Source: Azolla caroliniana
Taxonomy: Eukaryota; Plantae; Polypodiophyta
Assembly (NCBI GenBank): GCA_043228905.1
Contig: JBHGNT010000008.1
Location: 6,448,001-6,512,000 of the forward strand
Length of the DNA stretch: 64,000 nucleotides
Reading direction: 5' to 3'
The notes under the pieces were generated by a model. It saw nothing but the letters and a program-made list of their open reading frames with translations, was not told the origin of the DNA and made no database searches. The position numbers were made by a program, and so were the translations under genes. This document shows, in pieces, positions 13,001 to 26,856 of the stretch (within the stretch, counting starts at the first letter, position 1; each line of letters starts with the position of its first letter).

Positions 13001-13962
13001 ATGTAAATCGAGAAATACTCTCTCGACGGAGTAATATTGAAGGATGCACCGGAATCAATCACCCAAGTGCACTCTTCGCTTGCAAGATTTGCACTTGTGT
13101 GTTCATAGATGAGCAGAAGTTCCTCATTGCTCGTAGGAATGGCCAAAGTGTTCTTTTCATCCAGAATTTTCTGGAGTTTGACATTATTTCCAACACTCTT
13201 GTCTTTCTTCATGTGTTGGCAATCCTTCTAGAAGTGTCCAGGTTATCCACAATAGAAGCACACAGGCTTACCTCTGGACTTCGATCTGGTGTGGGATTTG
13301 TCTGTTTGCTATGGACTTCTTCTTCGCCGGTCCCTTCCTCTGTCCATATGTTAGGTCAGATTCGACTATGTTTGGGACAGGACTCCTTTGTCTTTCCTCC
13401 TTGCCTCCTCGTTTAGGATGCTTGTCTTCACCGTCTGTAAAGACAAGTTCTCTTCTTGACAGGAGGTGCTAAGAGTAACCACCAAATTCTCCTAGCTTTT
13501 CAGCAGTGTACACATCAGTAGGATGTCCTGCATTGCATCATCCAGGGGAAACTTGGTCGCAACAAGTTGATTTACATACCCCATAAATGTGTTGATGTGT
13601 TCGACGAGGCTCTCACCGTCTCTGTATTTCAGCCGTTTTATTTTTCTCATTACCGAGGTTCTGTTTAACGCGTTCTTCCTCTCGTACAGACCCGACAGCT
13701 TCTGCCACATCTCATGGGCATTCGTGTCGTTCGCCACATGCTGAAGGACACTTACATCGACACATTGTCGGATTGTGGCCACCACCTTCCTATTCAGAAG
13801 CTTCCAGTCCGACTTCAATACCCCCTTGGGTATTTCTGCTCTATTGACTAGCTCATATAGGTCTTTAACTATGAGAAGCTCTTCCATCTTTATCTTCCAG
13901 TCCGCATAGTTTTGTGAGTTCAGAACTATCATACATGGGAAACTACTAACACCTCCTTCCAT
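10070..13962 (-). pseudogene. Copia B gag-pol polyprotein with multiple stops and frameshifts
   Basis: ORF pieces 13492-13962, 12691-13212, 11811-12665, 10890-11627, 10335-10865 and 9993-10196. Confidence 0.92.
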
Positions 13963-13990
13963 GCTTGCACCTCAAGCTTTGATACCAGTT

Positions 13991-14692
13991 GGTTGAGAAA
14001 TCGTTGCGGAATAGATCACAATAAACAACCTACGTGCTGAAATACAAATTGTAGAAATAAAGAAAGACAAGATAAACAGAAGTATACATAGAGATTTACA
14101 TGGAAACCCTAAAATGGGAAAAACCAGGGGAGCAGATTCTTCACTATACAAATAGTGGATATGTAATAGCGAGAAGATTACAACACTCTCTCACGAGTGC
14201 ATCAGCCGCACAGGGCTCTTCACGCCTGTTGTTACACACACAGCTATGGCGTGGCTCTTCCTTCTTCTCTCACACTAACTCTCTGCACACTCTGTTTCTA
14301 TAGTTCTAACTCTGTTCATCACAGTTCTACACATAAAGTTTGCCCTAGTTGTATAATACCTACACAAGTTTCTGGCTATTTACATACGTAGCCCTCATGA
14401 GGCGCACACTTAGACTATTTACAGATATAGTCTCCCGAGTTCGCTATTCACACGATTCTGGCTATTCACTCATCAACTCGGCTCCTCTCTTTCCCATCTG
14501 GAGGGACTTGTTTCCACACATCATCATTATCATTGTTACTATAATGATAATAGTCAAATCTTCAAACAGTCGACTCACTGTTTTCGACTCTTCGATTGTT
14601 GGCTTTCCGAACAGTCAGATCTTCCCTGTCATTGACTGTAGGCTTTCCGATCAGTCGGTTCTTCTTCCCATTGAAGGGACATATTCCCAACA
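13991..14692 (-). repeat. Copia B 5' LTR
   Basis: Direct repeat of 9353-10056; PBS adjacent. Confidence 0.93.
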
Positions 14693-14826
14693 GGTAGATC
14701 CACCCAATTCCCGATTTGCCGATTTCGTGGCCCTCTTGGCCGATGCAGACTTCTCTTCCGATGATCCGTTGTGGTTTTTTTTGGAGTTGAATTCGCTCTG
14801 ATTCGACTCGTCTTTGCCTGTTGCAT
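14693..14826 (-). mobile_element. Copia A INT-RT linker fragment (host of the copia B insertion)
   Basis: TGKDESNQSEF...SAKRATKSANRELGGST resembles TGNDESDRCVSDF...PAKKGLISGVGELRRST at 62935-63060. Confidence 0.6.
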
Positions 14827-17800
14827 TGTCGTGAATGATTCCGGCCATAGAGGGAAACAAAACGAGATGCGCGGGAATGGGTGTCTACACGAATGTATAG
14901 AGTTTATCCTTTATGTGTCAAACATGTAATAACATAGGACTAGTAATTACTAGGTAGTACGGTTTAATGGGCACTTTAAAGACCCGCACAGATAGAGAGG
15001 AATGGGGGAAGTTTGACATGAGGGAATCGAGGAAAATCTCTGTCGGAAGCGGGTGACTTAACTACCTGATGTAACAACTCTCTCTCTCCTTGAGTTGTAA
15101 AAGCAGGGAGAGAAGACTGAAAAAGGGATACAGGAATTAGGAGGAGGAAGTGCTATTGGATTGAGCGACGAGTTCTCTACCTCTCTCTCTCTTCCGGTCT
15201 TGTGCGCTGCACTATTTCGAACAAGGAGAGGAAGTCTCTGCTCGAGCTGGCAACCCATGTGCTCCAGACAAGAGATTCTTTGTCTTGTCTTCCTATGTGT
15301 ATGAGTGTGTGTGTGTGTGTGTGCGTCTGTCCTGAGAACGCTAAGCTCTATTGCCGGATGCGCCCGGTTGTACTCTTTGGATTCTCTTTTAATCATTAGT
15401 TTGCTGAGTACCCTTTGTTGGGGTTTTTGCGTGGCTCCTACTTGCCCTGTGTTGGCCATGCTCTGAGCTCGTGTCTTATTCCCATCCTAAATCTGTTGCG
15501 TGCACATATGGGCTGAGATGATGATGAGGGACACACTAGAGGACAGACAGTTGGCCGGATTCCATCGAGTCGTTATGCCGAGCATGCACACCGAGGTGCT
15601 CGAGGTGCGAGCAAACTGCCGGAACTGAGCAGAATTCAAGGAGTGGCGCCTCGAAAGATACAGTTTCGACGAATCGCTTTGGATGTCGAAGAAGGACTTT
15701 ATGGATTGGGTCGAGAGCCCCGACAAGGGACAAAATACGTCGGCCTTGTTTCAGGAGTTCGAAAAGTGGTTTGTGCAACTCTCGATGCTAGACCGGACTG
15801 TGCTCGATACAAGCAACGTCCTACTATTTGTGAACTTAGTCGACGTGCTCAACCACGAGAAGATTGTCCTCCCCTTGTCAATGTATGAAGTGATCATGGT
15901 CGACTGGGTTGTGGTCAGAAGAGTTTGTGGCCATTTTGACAAACGGCGTGATTGGAATGATGCGGGGTCGTTGACGACTGATGCGGGTGCCAGGATGAAG
16001 CTGGAGGAACCGGTTCTGACAAGAGTGGATGAAATGAGATAGTGGCTCGAGTCGGGCACAACACCGACCAATGTGGTCGCAGGGTTGTCCGTAGGTGCAA
16101 CTCTTGAGGAGCTGACCAAGATGGTGCGCGATCTCCAGATTGTGCAAGCACAGAGGGACGGTGGGGGTCAGTCATGTGACCGAAGGCCACCGTTCGACCA
16201 GAGGTGCATGTGGTGCGACATTGTCGGCCACGTTCGGAGGGACTATGCTGACTTCGCTCAAGCACTTAAAAGTAATGTGCTGTACCTTTGGAATGGTCGG
16301 GTACACGCCAACGGTCCCGGTAGAATGAAAAGGGTAATGGAGGAAGTTGTGACGCGCCACGTGAAAACCGTCCACTATTCGGCATCCGCTGGGATATGGG
16401 TAGGAGGGGATAGGAGCGTCGACTCTGAATTCTGGTCACTAGTTTTGGGAGGCCTGTCAGGGGTAAGACTGAGAAAGGAATAGGCGGACGTCGTAGAGAA
16501 GCAGGTCCAGGAAGTCACTAGGTGGAGCGACCTAGTCGAAGAAAAGACTGGCTTTGTGGAGGCTGCGTGTGAGAACTACGAAATTCTAGTAGAAGAAAAA
16601 CAGGCCGGGAAGAGCATAGGAATTGGACCGTCGAACCAGTACGAGACCCGCAATCCGCAGAAGAAGAATGACGGAGGTCCGACAGGCCCACGGGACGGGA
16701 CGAACCTCATGAGCTTTTGGTTGAGCTCGGGGATAGACAAGGTGACAAACCTGTGGAAGGTCTTGGAGGAGCGGATTATCGATTGCAAAGTAGAGTTGTC
16801 ATTCAGGGAAGTGCTAGGTTTTGCAAAGAAGGAGTCCCACGACTCCATCGTGGATCTTGTAAAGTGAAAGTGGCTCTGGACAGAGCCTAAGCTAGAGAAT
16901 CCCGTAGAGGTGAGAGCAACACACATCGACGAGGTAGCCATGGAAGATGAGTTCTCGGCCAGCCACTATATGAAGCCGCATTGGGCGAGAGAGACAACAG
17001 AGACACCAGTCTGGATCAGGAACGTAAACGAACCAGTGGTGGCATTGATCAACCATGGGTCCAAAATTAACTTGATGTCCATGGACTTCTACAAGAAAGC
17101 GAAATGGCCAACCAACACCAAGCACAGATCGATCAACACTTCTTCGTGCAGGAGACATCCTCTTATTTGATCATCCTCGACGAACCTTACATTATGGCAG
17201 TTCGAATGGAAACGAAGGTGTTGGACAATGGTTCAACCTACCCTAGGGTGAAGAGTCAGGATGGCCAACACTTCATTTAGTTCTTGATAGTCCGGCCAAA
17301 CCATGATCGGAATCGTGAGTCTCTCAGTAACGACGGCTGAGAGGATTTTTAGAGAGGGCTATCAAGGCGTGAGGTCGCGATAGCCCGGAAAACCGGAAGA
17401 AACCCCACACCTATACCATAGGTAGGAAATTTTGGCCCTTTGTTAATGGAGGTTGTACCATAATCAGCATTAGCGGCCGGGAGAAGAGGCAAGTTGAAGG
17501 ACACTTGAGGGCATGCAATGCCTTGGGCCCCGGTGACGAGATTGGTGGAGTTGTGGAGGTGGTCTCATTCGACGACACTCTTGTAGAAATCGCGAGGGTA
17601 GCCGAAGGGGATCTAAGTGAAGACCGGATGATTCCGGTCAATTCAGTGGAGATGTACGAAGTCATCACGTATTTCAGGAGGATGGTCGGGTCGGATCGGA
17701 TGGCCCGAGTTGACACCAAGTACAAGACTGTGGACCGAAAGGTTAGGCCAATCGTGGCTCCCTTTCCGGAGGACAACTGGGAGTGGATGAAAGGGGTCAT

Positions 17801-20800
17801 GATAACCCCGAGTTTACGAGATCCGGCCGGCATAGGACACAGATTCACCAACAAGACGCTTCAAAAGCTCAAGATCGGTGGGGGTGGCTTCCTACTGTCC
17901 AAAGAGGAGGACCGGTTTCAGAGGATGCTCGAAAGGCATGGGAAAGCCTTTGCATTCTTGCGGGAGGAGATCGGTTGCGCAGACCTAACTATCATTGAAC
18001 CGATGGTGATCTTTACGGTACCGTAGGTGTCGTGGAGTCTCAAACCGATTCCAGTGCCGAGGGCTCACATCCCGAAGCTGATGGAGCTGCTCAAACAGAA
18101 AGTAGAGATGGCCATCCTCTAGCCGTTGAGCGCCCCGTATTCGAATTGGTGGTTTATAGTGCCGAAGAAGAACGACACACTGTTCTTCATCCAGGACCTC
18201 CAACTGGTCAACAAGGTGACCATTCGGAATGCAAGAATCAGACCAACGATTGATGAGTTTGCGGAGGCCTTCGTTGGGAGGTCGATCTAATCGGTCGGTG
18301 ATTTGTACTCGGGGTACGACTAGTTCCAACTAGCTGTCAAAAGCAGGGGAATCACGATGATGCGAACCCCTCTTGGCCTAGTTCGGATGTGTACCCCACC
18401 GCAAGGTGGTGCCCATGGTGAATGCGATGAAGAAGGTCTTGAGGGACTGAATCCCGGACATCACCATGCCATTCTCGGACGACATTCCAATCAAGGGATG
18501 TCCGGAGGATGCGAAGGACGAATCGACAGGAGCAAATGGATGCCATAGGTTTGTCACGGATCATATCTCCAATTGCGAGAAGATAATGTAGAGGCTTGAA
18601 GGCGCTCGACTTACCTTCTCTGGGGAGAAGTCGGCTTTTGGGCAACCAGAGATCCTAGTGGTCAGCCACATGTGCGGTCCATATGGCCAGAAACCGTTTT
18701 CGGCAAAGGTAGAAGCCATCTCGGCTATGAAGGAAGAATTCGGGTTGGTAACAAAAGTCCTACAATTCTTGGGGGCATGCACCTTCTACCACATTTGGTT
18801 TCTCCACTACGCGCATATCACCGAACCTCTCTATGGCTTCCTGAAGAAAACACGGAAATTCAAATCGGGCGTAGAACACGCCGAGGCAGTTCGAAGACTA
18901 AAGGAGATGCTCATGGTCGCACCGGCTCTCCAGAAAGCCATATACAAGCCAGACACTCCGGTGTACATTACAGTGGAGACAAGTCCGACCAGAATCGGAT
19001 GGGTCGTAAATCAGGAAGATGAGAACTGCACACAGTTTCCCATCCGGTTCGACGTGAAGGTGCCCAAGTTAAACGCGAGCTATGGGGTAGGACAATGCCA
19101 TGGCTGATATGCTTTCGAGAGCACGGTTCCACAACAAGGATGACATGGTGTCAAAGGACGAAGAAATTGGCGTGAATTTCTTCGAGTCTGCCTGATTAAG
19201 GGCAAATAGACACAACACTCTGGCCCTAAACAAGTTCAATGAGAACAAATACGAGGGGGAATGCCTACTAATTGGTAGGTTCCTAAGCATGATGGCACCG
19301 GACACAACGTGGACAAAAGACGAGGCGAGTTGGTTCTCCCTACACAATGGCAAGATATGGCAGCATCCGAAGAAGCAGACCGACACGCTACTCCGGGTGG
19401 TGATAAAGAAAGAAGAGGAGTCAGTGCTCCCCTCGGAATTTCACGAAAGCCTTTGGTCCGGACCCCATTGAACCTCGACCACGTTCGAAAAACTGAAGGA
19501 GAAGTATTGGTGGCTAGGAATGTGCCGGGATGCGCATCATGTCGTGAGGATGTGCGAAAGCTGAGAGATGCATTCCAGCCGGCACCGAAATGAGCTGAAT
19601 GACTTACTCGCCAACCATTCACTTCAAATGGACGGTCAACCTAATAAAGATGTCTATGGTAATAGGACAAATGAGGTATATGGTGCTTGCGCGGGAGGGT
19701 CTAACGAACTAGGTGGAAGGCCGAGCTTTAACGAACAAAACGACCACAACAGTATGTCGGTTCCTGGTCGAATAGGTGATTTGCGTTATGAGTGTATAGG
19801 GTAAATCGTGGCCGACCATGGAGAGCTAGATGCGCAGGAAGCAGAGGAGTTGTTCGACCTGCTAGGGGTCAAACTCTCCCTCACTAGGACGTACAATCCG
19901 GAAGCTAACAGGAAGGTAGAACGCGGGCACGTGCCGATTGTGAAAGCTCTAGAACGGGCATGCAAGGGACGAGTAGGAAACTGGCCAAGTCTCCTACCTT
20001 ACACACTATGGGCTGACCGGACTACACATAGTTCAGTGACCGGGTACATGTCGATAGAACTTATGTTAGGGCAAAAGCCGGTTATGTTGGTAGAGCGGAC
20101 AATCTGTTCATGAATGGTGATCGATTTCTTGGAGGAGGATAGCGGCACCTTTCGCAGGAAAGTAGATAAAGGCCTTCAAAAGGCGATGCGAGCAAGAACC
20201 GGAGCCGGGGATAGAAGAGGGTGAAAGCGTAGACGAGGGTGAGGAGTTGGGAGAGGACTTGATCAATGACGACCCGGGAAGGGACGCGTAAAGGCCAAGC
20301 CAGAATCCCCACCATTTCACTACTTGGCACATGTCGGAGGATGTGCGGTTTGGTGGGGGTGGATGTTGTGAAGGATTTCGTCCACAAAGGGAAACGGAGT
20401 GAGACGCGCGGGAATGGGTGTCTACACAGATGTACAATGTTTAGCCTTTATGTGTCAAACATGTAATAACATAGGACTAGTAATTACTAGGTAGTAGGGT
20501 TTAATGGGCACTTTAAAGACCCGCACGGATAGAGAGGAATGGGGGGAGTTTGACATGAGGGAATTGAGGAAAATCTCTGTCAGAAACGGCTGACTTAATT
20601 ACCTGATGTAACAACTCTCTCTCTCCTTGAGCTATAAATGGAGGTAGAGACCGAGAAAGGGATGCAAGAATTAGGTGGAGGAAGTGCTGTCGGATTAAGT
20701 GGCAAGTTCTCTACCTCTCTCTCATCTAGTCTTGTGCACTGCACCATTTCGAAGAAGGATAGGAAGTCTCTGCTCGCGCTAGCAACTCGTGTACTCCCGA

Positions 20801-20841
20801 CCAGAGATTCTTTGTCCTCTCTCCCTGTCTCCCTATGTGTG
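14827..20841 (+). mobile_element. Degenerate non-chromoviral Ty3/gypsy element with both LTRs truncated
   Basis: 5' LTR from 14827 (tgtcgtg) and 3' LTR from 20364 (tgttgtg) after the PPT; gag zinc knuckle CMWCDIVGH, PR ALINHGSKIN, RT, RH and INT (YNPEANRKVER) fragments. Confidence 0.9.
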
Positions 20842-23800
20842 AACATGCATGCTAATTGACCAAACCATAAGGCCTCTTTTGCCACATCGGATGTGGCTAT
20901 GTATCCGGCCTCAGTCGTTGAAGTGAGCGTGCACTCCTGAAGTTTCAATTTCCACAAAATTGCTATAGTGCCACATCTAAAGAAGTAGCCAATGGTTGAC
21001 TTTTGACTGTCTATACAGTTGACAAAGTCTGACTTGGATGCCATATTCTTGTGCGCCCACCAGGTATCTTAACATATGCTTAACTGCATTCCAATGTGAT
21101 CGGCTAGGGTTGTGTGCATGAATTTACAAACGACTCCTACAACGTGAGCGATGTTCGACAGTGTCACGACCATCACATACATTAAGGAGCTAACTGCCGG
21201 TGCATACGATACCAAATTAATATCTTACCGCTCCATACCAGATGTTAGACAATCTTGTTGAGGCAACCGAGGGCTAATGGGGAGCTTGGTTGAAGCAGAT
21301 TTGGCCAATTGCATGTTGAAGCGCTCTAAGATATGTTTGATGTAGTCGGTTTGAGACAAAATTCATTGTTTTTAATACTGGAGCCGACTAATCTTCATTC
21401 CAAGTATGGTCGAGTCGGACCTAGGTCCTTCATTGTGAACTTCAACTGTAATTGCCGAATGAGATCAGAAAGCTCTCTAGCATGTTGGCCGGAGAGAACC
21501 ATGTCACTACATTGGATTAGCGTCAAATCTTTGGCTACCACTACACTAAGTAGAAAGCAAAGGGTTGTCATTTTCACCAATGGTGAAAAATTTTCGTCAA
21601 AGTTGACCCCATATTCTTATCGGAAACCATTTGCTACTAGTCTGGATTTATACTTAGGGACGGTCGAATCTGATGTCTCTTTTAATCTATAGACCCATTT
21701 ACAAGGAAGAGCACGTCTATTCTTCGGTAATTCAACTAGGTTCCATGTCTTATTATGTTGGATGGAGTTCATTTCCAACTCCATCGTCAAATTCCAGGTG
21801 GCCGAATCGGCACATGTAGATGCTTCTTCATATGACGTCGACTTGCTGACATCCGTGAAGAGGCCTACGTGGTATGACTGGGCTCGCCGGATCAGACAAA
21901 TGAGTTGTCTGATCCGAATGCCAGGTAGCCGAATCGGCACATGTAGATGCTTCTTCATATGACGTCGACTTGCTGACATCAGTGAAGAGGCCTACGTGGT
22001 ATAACTGGGCTCGCCAGATCAGACAACTGAGTTGGATTGTTCAGAGCCGAAACATTCAGCTGTGCCGAATCCAGATGATCCGAATTGGTGCTGAAGAATT
22101 TGGTTACCCGTGAAGCCAACCTCGTGTTTTGGGCCGATCCATCAGGAAGAGCCGACACATCTAAAAAGACTACTCTTTGAACTTCAATTCTCCTTTCAGC
22201 CGTCTTATGCATAGCCGACTCGTTGAAAACTACGTTCGAACTTCGAATGATTTGTCTGCTTTCAGGTTCCCATAGCCAATAGCCAAATTTGCTTTCTGGT
22301 CCATAATCAAGGATAATGTATTTCCTAGACCTGGGCTCTATTTTTTGGCGATCATCTTTCGGCACGAGAGCGTATGCCTCACAATCGAAAATCCTTAACT
22401 TCTCATAATTTGGCTTCTTGCTTGTCCATAATTCCTGAGGAATTTGAAGTCCTAGAGGCCTACTCGGCGACATATTTACTATTTGTACTATCATAGGCAA
22501 AGCCTCTACCCAGAAACCATCTCATTGTGCTGAGTGCTACAACATGGCAAAAATTCTTTCTTGAATTGTTCGATTCATTCGCTCTACGATTCCGTTTTGC
22601 TCCGGAGTGTAGGGTGCCATAAATTCACATTAGATGCCGCGTTGTCGGCAAAATCTGACGAATTATTCAGATTTAAACTCTCCTCCATTATCGAACTGCT
22701 ACACGCATTTCAGTTTCTGATCGACTAGTGTCCACCATAGCGAGCCATTCTTGAAAGATCAAGAACGCCTCATCTTTGGTTCAGGCCGGATATGCCCACA
22801 CCTTCTTGATCGTCAATGGATGTGATGAAGTAGGAGGCACCGCCAAGAGATTCATATGGTATTGGGCCACAGACGTTCGAATGGACCAGATCGAGTGGAC
22901 TTGATTCTCTCAATGCAACCGTTGGGTGTGATGTCGTGGCTTGCTTGCGGTACTGGTAGTGCTCGTATAATTGATGATACAAAAAAGAGAGTTTGAGGAT
23001 GTAACCGTCTCTGGATAAATGCGTGATGCCTGCCTTGCTAAGGTGTTCGAGTCGGCTATGCCATAATGATGACATTGGGATATCTACCAGAAACAAGTCA
23101 CCCTTTTTGAGTGTGACATATAATGGGTACAATGAGCGTAACGTCGAACCTCGAGCAAGTAGGAGGTTCCCCTTGTGGAGTGTCCACCCTCATCATGAGA
23201 AGCCGGCACAGATGTTTTCTTCATCTAACTGTCTAACAGAAATCAACGGTCTGGTGAGGTCAGGAATGTGTCAAATGTTATGTAGTACAAGGGTAGTGCC
23301 ACCTCGAAGGTTAAGCTCTACCGTGCTGATTCCGATTGTGGCACAATGCTGTGAATTGCCGACTTAGACTGAGTCGGAGTGCCGAGCCGGATATTGCCGA
23401 AATTGTGATCTATGAGGAGGCACGTGATATGATGCATTTGAATTAAGAAGCCTAGTTGTTGACTCTTCAGTTGTAAGCAGAACTTCCGATTTGATTGAGT
23501 TCTCGATAAATAATATATTCGGGTCATTTATCATAACTTTGGTTGATGAGCCGACGAAGTTGACCTCCTCTTGTCGACCACCCTTTTGATAAGCTTTGTG
23601 AGATTTATAATTCTTTGCCTTAAGGGCATGGAAATTGGCCTTAATATGTCTGGTTTTCTTTCAATAATTGTAGACTTGATTGTCCCTAGACTTGCTTTGG
23701 CTTTGAGCATTAATCGACTGTCGGGAAGAACATCTTCCTCGGCTGTTCAATCGGGTCAACCGAACCTTGTATTATGAAAGTGTCTTTAGCCGAATTGTGT

Positions 23801-25190
23801 ACAGACGACATTCTTCGAGTGTCTTCAGTCTGAATTGAGCTCTTGGCTTCAGAGTATTGTATGACTATTCTTGACGCATTGCACACTAGTGACGAAAGTT
23901 TCTTTGTGGCAACGACTTTTTCTCATATATGTCCAACAATGTCTTCTATAGCTGAATGGAAATCAAACTTGATTGCACCATAGTACATTGACTCTACCAG
24001 GTGCATTTGAATGGTGGCCCAAAAAATTCGATCTAGCTTTGTCCACTCATTCAACTTGTATTCTTCGGGAACTTGCTCATATTTGATCGGACCAATCGAA
24101 CCCTTCATGATCAGGTAGTCCTACATCTACTCCTAGAAATTGAAGTTCATTCTCTTGAACTTCCTGAGACTCATCTCTAATGAGCTGGATGTGGATACCG
24201 TTCTTAATTTGTGTCGGTTGGAAGGTTTTGTGTAGAGTTGCCAATGACCGGTAAGAGGGTGCAACTAGCCGGCTCACCTGAATTTGTTCTAGCCAAATTT
24301 AGGGACGAGTTTACTGATTACGGGTTGTGTTGGTCCCAATACTCATCCTGCTTGAGATGATTATAGTAAACGGAGGGACAGAGCCGACTTGTCTTCCTTA
24401 ATGTTTACTTAGCCGAGTTAAGAATGGATAGGGCCAATCAGAGTGCCGATAAGAGATGAAGCTCAAATGGTGCCGACCCTAACATCGATCTTGTTCCGAA
24501 TGACTGTTGTGGATAAGTGGACAACACTAACTGACCTGTCTGAATGTTGCTCAGTTGGATGGAGCACAGATGGTGCCGAATGGATTAGGACTCCACTCCA
24601 AGTGACTATAACAACAAGAGGTGAGTACAACTAGCTGGCCTACTTGAGGAGCGTTTTAGTTCAGTGGAGTACAAATCAATAGAGTATCTTTTCTCACGAA
24701 GTGTGAATTTGTAAGTTGTTGATTGGGAGATTTCTATCTGATAGAAATCTTGAGTTTGTTTCTAGAGGCCTGCTCAACTTGAAGTCTTTGAGGGGTAGTA
24801 AACAGAAGTGTTGGTGAAAGTAATATGACGGCCGATGACGTAGTATAGAACCTCTACTCTCATACCAGATGTTGTAAAGAAGGTCATCAGTGCGGAATAG
24901 AAACAACACTATGTGATGAAAATCAACAAGTTGATGTGGACAAGAGTAAACAAGATGAAAAAATTAAGCCATGTAGAGACAACTTTAAATAGAGATCAAG
25001 ATCAAGAATAGAATGTGAGAGAGACACACACATTTAAGGCACGAAGCTATAACTTTATTATTTAAATCTCAGAAGTTACCATACAATAATGGCAACAACT
25101 ACATGATCTAGGTTACAAGTTCAGCTATATAATAACGAAGTTAGGACAACTGCCCTTAAGTCTAATTACAGAAATGTCCTAAACCTATTT
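20842..25190 (-). mobile_element. Highly degenerate Ty1/copia element, family C
   Basis: RH (STTEAGYIA), RT (LPCKWVYR...YKSRLVANGF), INT (LVHSNVCGP) and gag remnants; PBS complement ctctcatacca at ~24857-24867 followed by an LTR from ~24870. Confidence 0.85.
21794..22035. repeat. About 127-bp tandem duplication with a fold-back insertion
   Basis: ccaggt..gccgaatcggcacatgtag... at 21794 and 21921; 12-bp inverted repeat at 21888-21899 / 21905-21916. Confidence 0.85.
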
Positions 25191-26856
25191 TATCGAAGTG
25201 GGATAGTGTGAATACGTCCATTATACCCCGTATTTGACAAAAAGAGCCGGTGGTGGCGTTGATTGACCATGGATCGAAAATCAACATAATGTCCATGGAC
25301 TTTTACAAGAAAGGAAATTGATTGATCAACATAAATCATAGGTGGAAGATAAGAGCAACAACCTGAATGACAAAGCGCTACACGAGGCTTGCCTAAATAT
25401 CCGAGTAAAGGTAGGGGACATGGAGATTGATTAATATTTCTTCGTTTAAGAGATATCCTCTCCCCCAATCATCTTGGGCGGACTGTACATAATGGTGGCT
25501 CGCATGGACAACGGGTCAACCTATGCAAGGGTGAAGAGCCAAGATGGGAGGAATTCGGTCTAGTTCCTCATGGTGATGCCCAATCATGAGTGAAATCAAA
25601 ACTCCCCAAAGGCAAAGGCATGGAGGATTTTTGATGCAGGGTATTAAATTGTGGGACCGCAATAGCCCGGGGCAATCAAAGTAACCAAAACCTTGTAATA
25701 TTATAAAAATAAATAGGAAACATTATTTGGTTCTCCGAAAATCACGCGTGTAAAATCACTAGTCTAAGTAGTAGGGATAAGCCTAGGGCGAAGAGATATG
25801 ATAGATATATGAAACAATGTAACATACTCGAGACTGGTAATACCATAAGCGGCGCCATGGAGGTGTTCTCGTTCGATGACATTCTTGGGGAGATGAGCAG
25901 AGGGGTCACTTCAACCCTCAATGAACACAAAATAATCTCGGTCAACTTTGTTGACATGTACACCACTACTAAACCACTTGGGTGGTTTATCGACGATGAA
26001 AGGACAATCGAAATACATACGACGTACAAGACCATGGACAAGATGATTAAGCCCACAGTTGCTCCCTCACCAAATGACAGTTGGTAATGGATAAAGGGGT
26101 TCATGATTGACTCTAGCTTGTGAGATCCACGAGGCATACTGGACACTGGTTCACCGATGAGATGCGACGGTAGCTCCAGATTGGTCGGGGTGATTTCCTT
26201 CTGCCCGAAGAAGGGTCACGGTTCAGAAGGATGCTCAAAAGCAGAACAAGATAGGACCTTGAGATTTTAGAATCAAGGGTGATATTCATGGTACCACATG
26301 TACCATGGAATATCAAGTCGATCCTTGTGTCGAGAGCTCACATCTCGAAGTTGATTGAGCTAGTCAAGGAGAAAATCAACTTTGAATTGATGGTTCACTA
26401 CCTTCAAGAAGAATGGCAGCTTGCATTTCATTCAAGACCTGCAAGCTATCAACCAAGTGACAATTCATAATGCAAAAATTGGATCGAGTGTTGACGAATT
26501 TGCCAAAGCCTTCATGGGAGGGTCTATCTACTCGATCGGGGATCTGTACTCAAGGTATGATCAATTCCAACTGGCCATGGAAAGTAGGGATATCACAACG
26601 ATGCGAACCCCTATCGACCTAGTGTGGATGTGTACACAAGGTGGCACAAACTTTGTTGCCCACATGGTGAATGTGATGAACAAGGTACTAAGAGATTGCA
26701 TCCCAAACATTACCACGTCATTCCTCGATGACATCCTAACAAAGGGGTGCTCGGATTTAGAAAAAGATGGAACCTTGGACGGGGATGGGTGCAAGCGCTT
26801 TGTGGTAGATCACACCATCGATTGTGAGAAGGTTCATCAAAGACTTGAATGTGCGT
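25190..26856 (+). mobile_element. Old gypsy element, PR-RT part (continues at 44210)
   Basis: ALIDHGSKIN protease, FIQDLQAINQVT and FLDDI RT; broken at RLE(C/G)A. Confidence 0.85.

Larger units (their letters stand above)
9353..14692 (-). mobile_element. Full-length but pseudogenised Ty1/copia element, family B
   Basis: LTRs 9353-10056 and 13991-14692; PBS 13976-13987; PPT 10059-10066; gag, PR (WVIDSGAS), INT (LVHTDVC, TDNGGEY), RT (LYVDD), RH (TDSD) in copia order. Confidence 0.95.

Noticed and set aside
14349-14801. 150-aa plus-strand ORF with a hydrophobic stretch (env-like?)
   Set aside because: It lies in the copia B LTR and is antisense; the hydrophobic run comes from an (ATC/ATT)n tract, and the frame is not kept in the other LTR copy.
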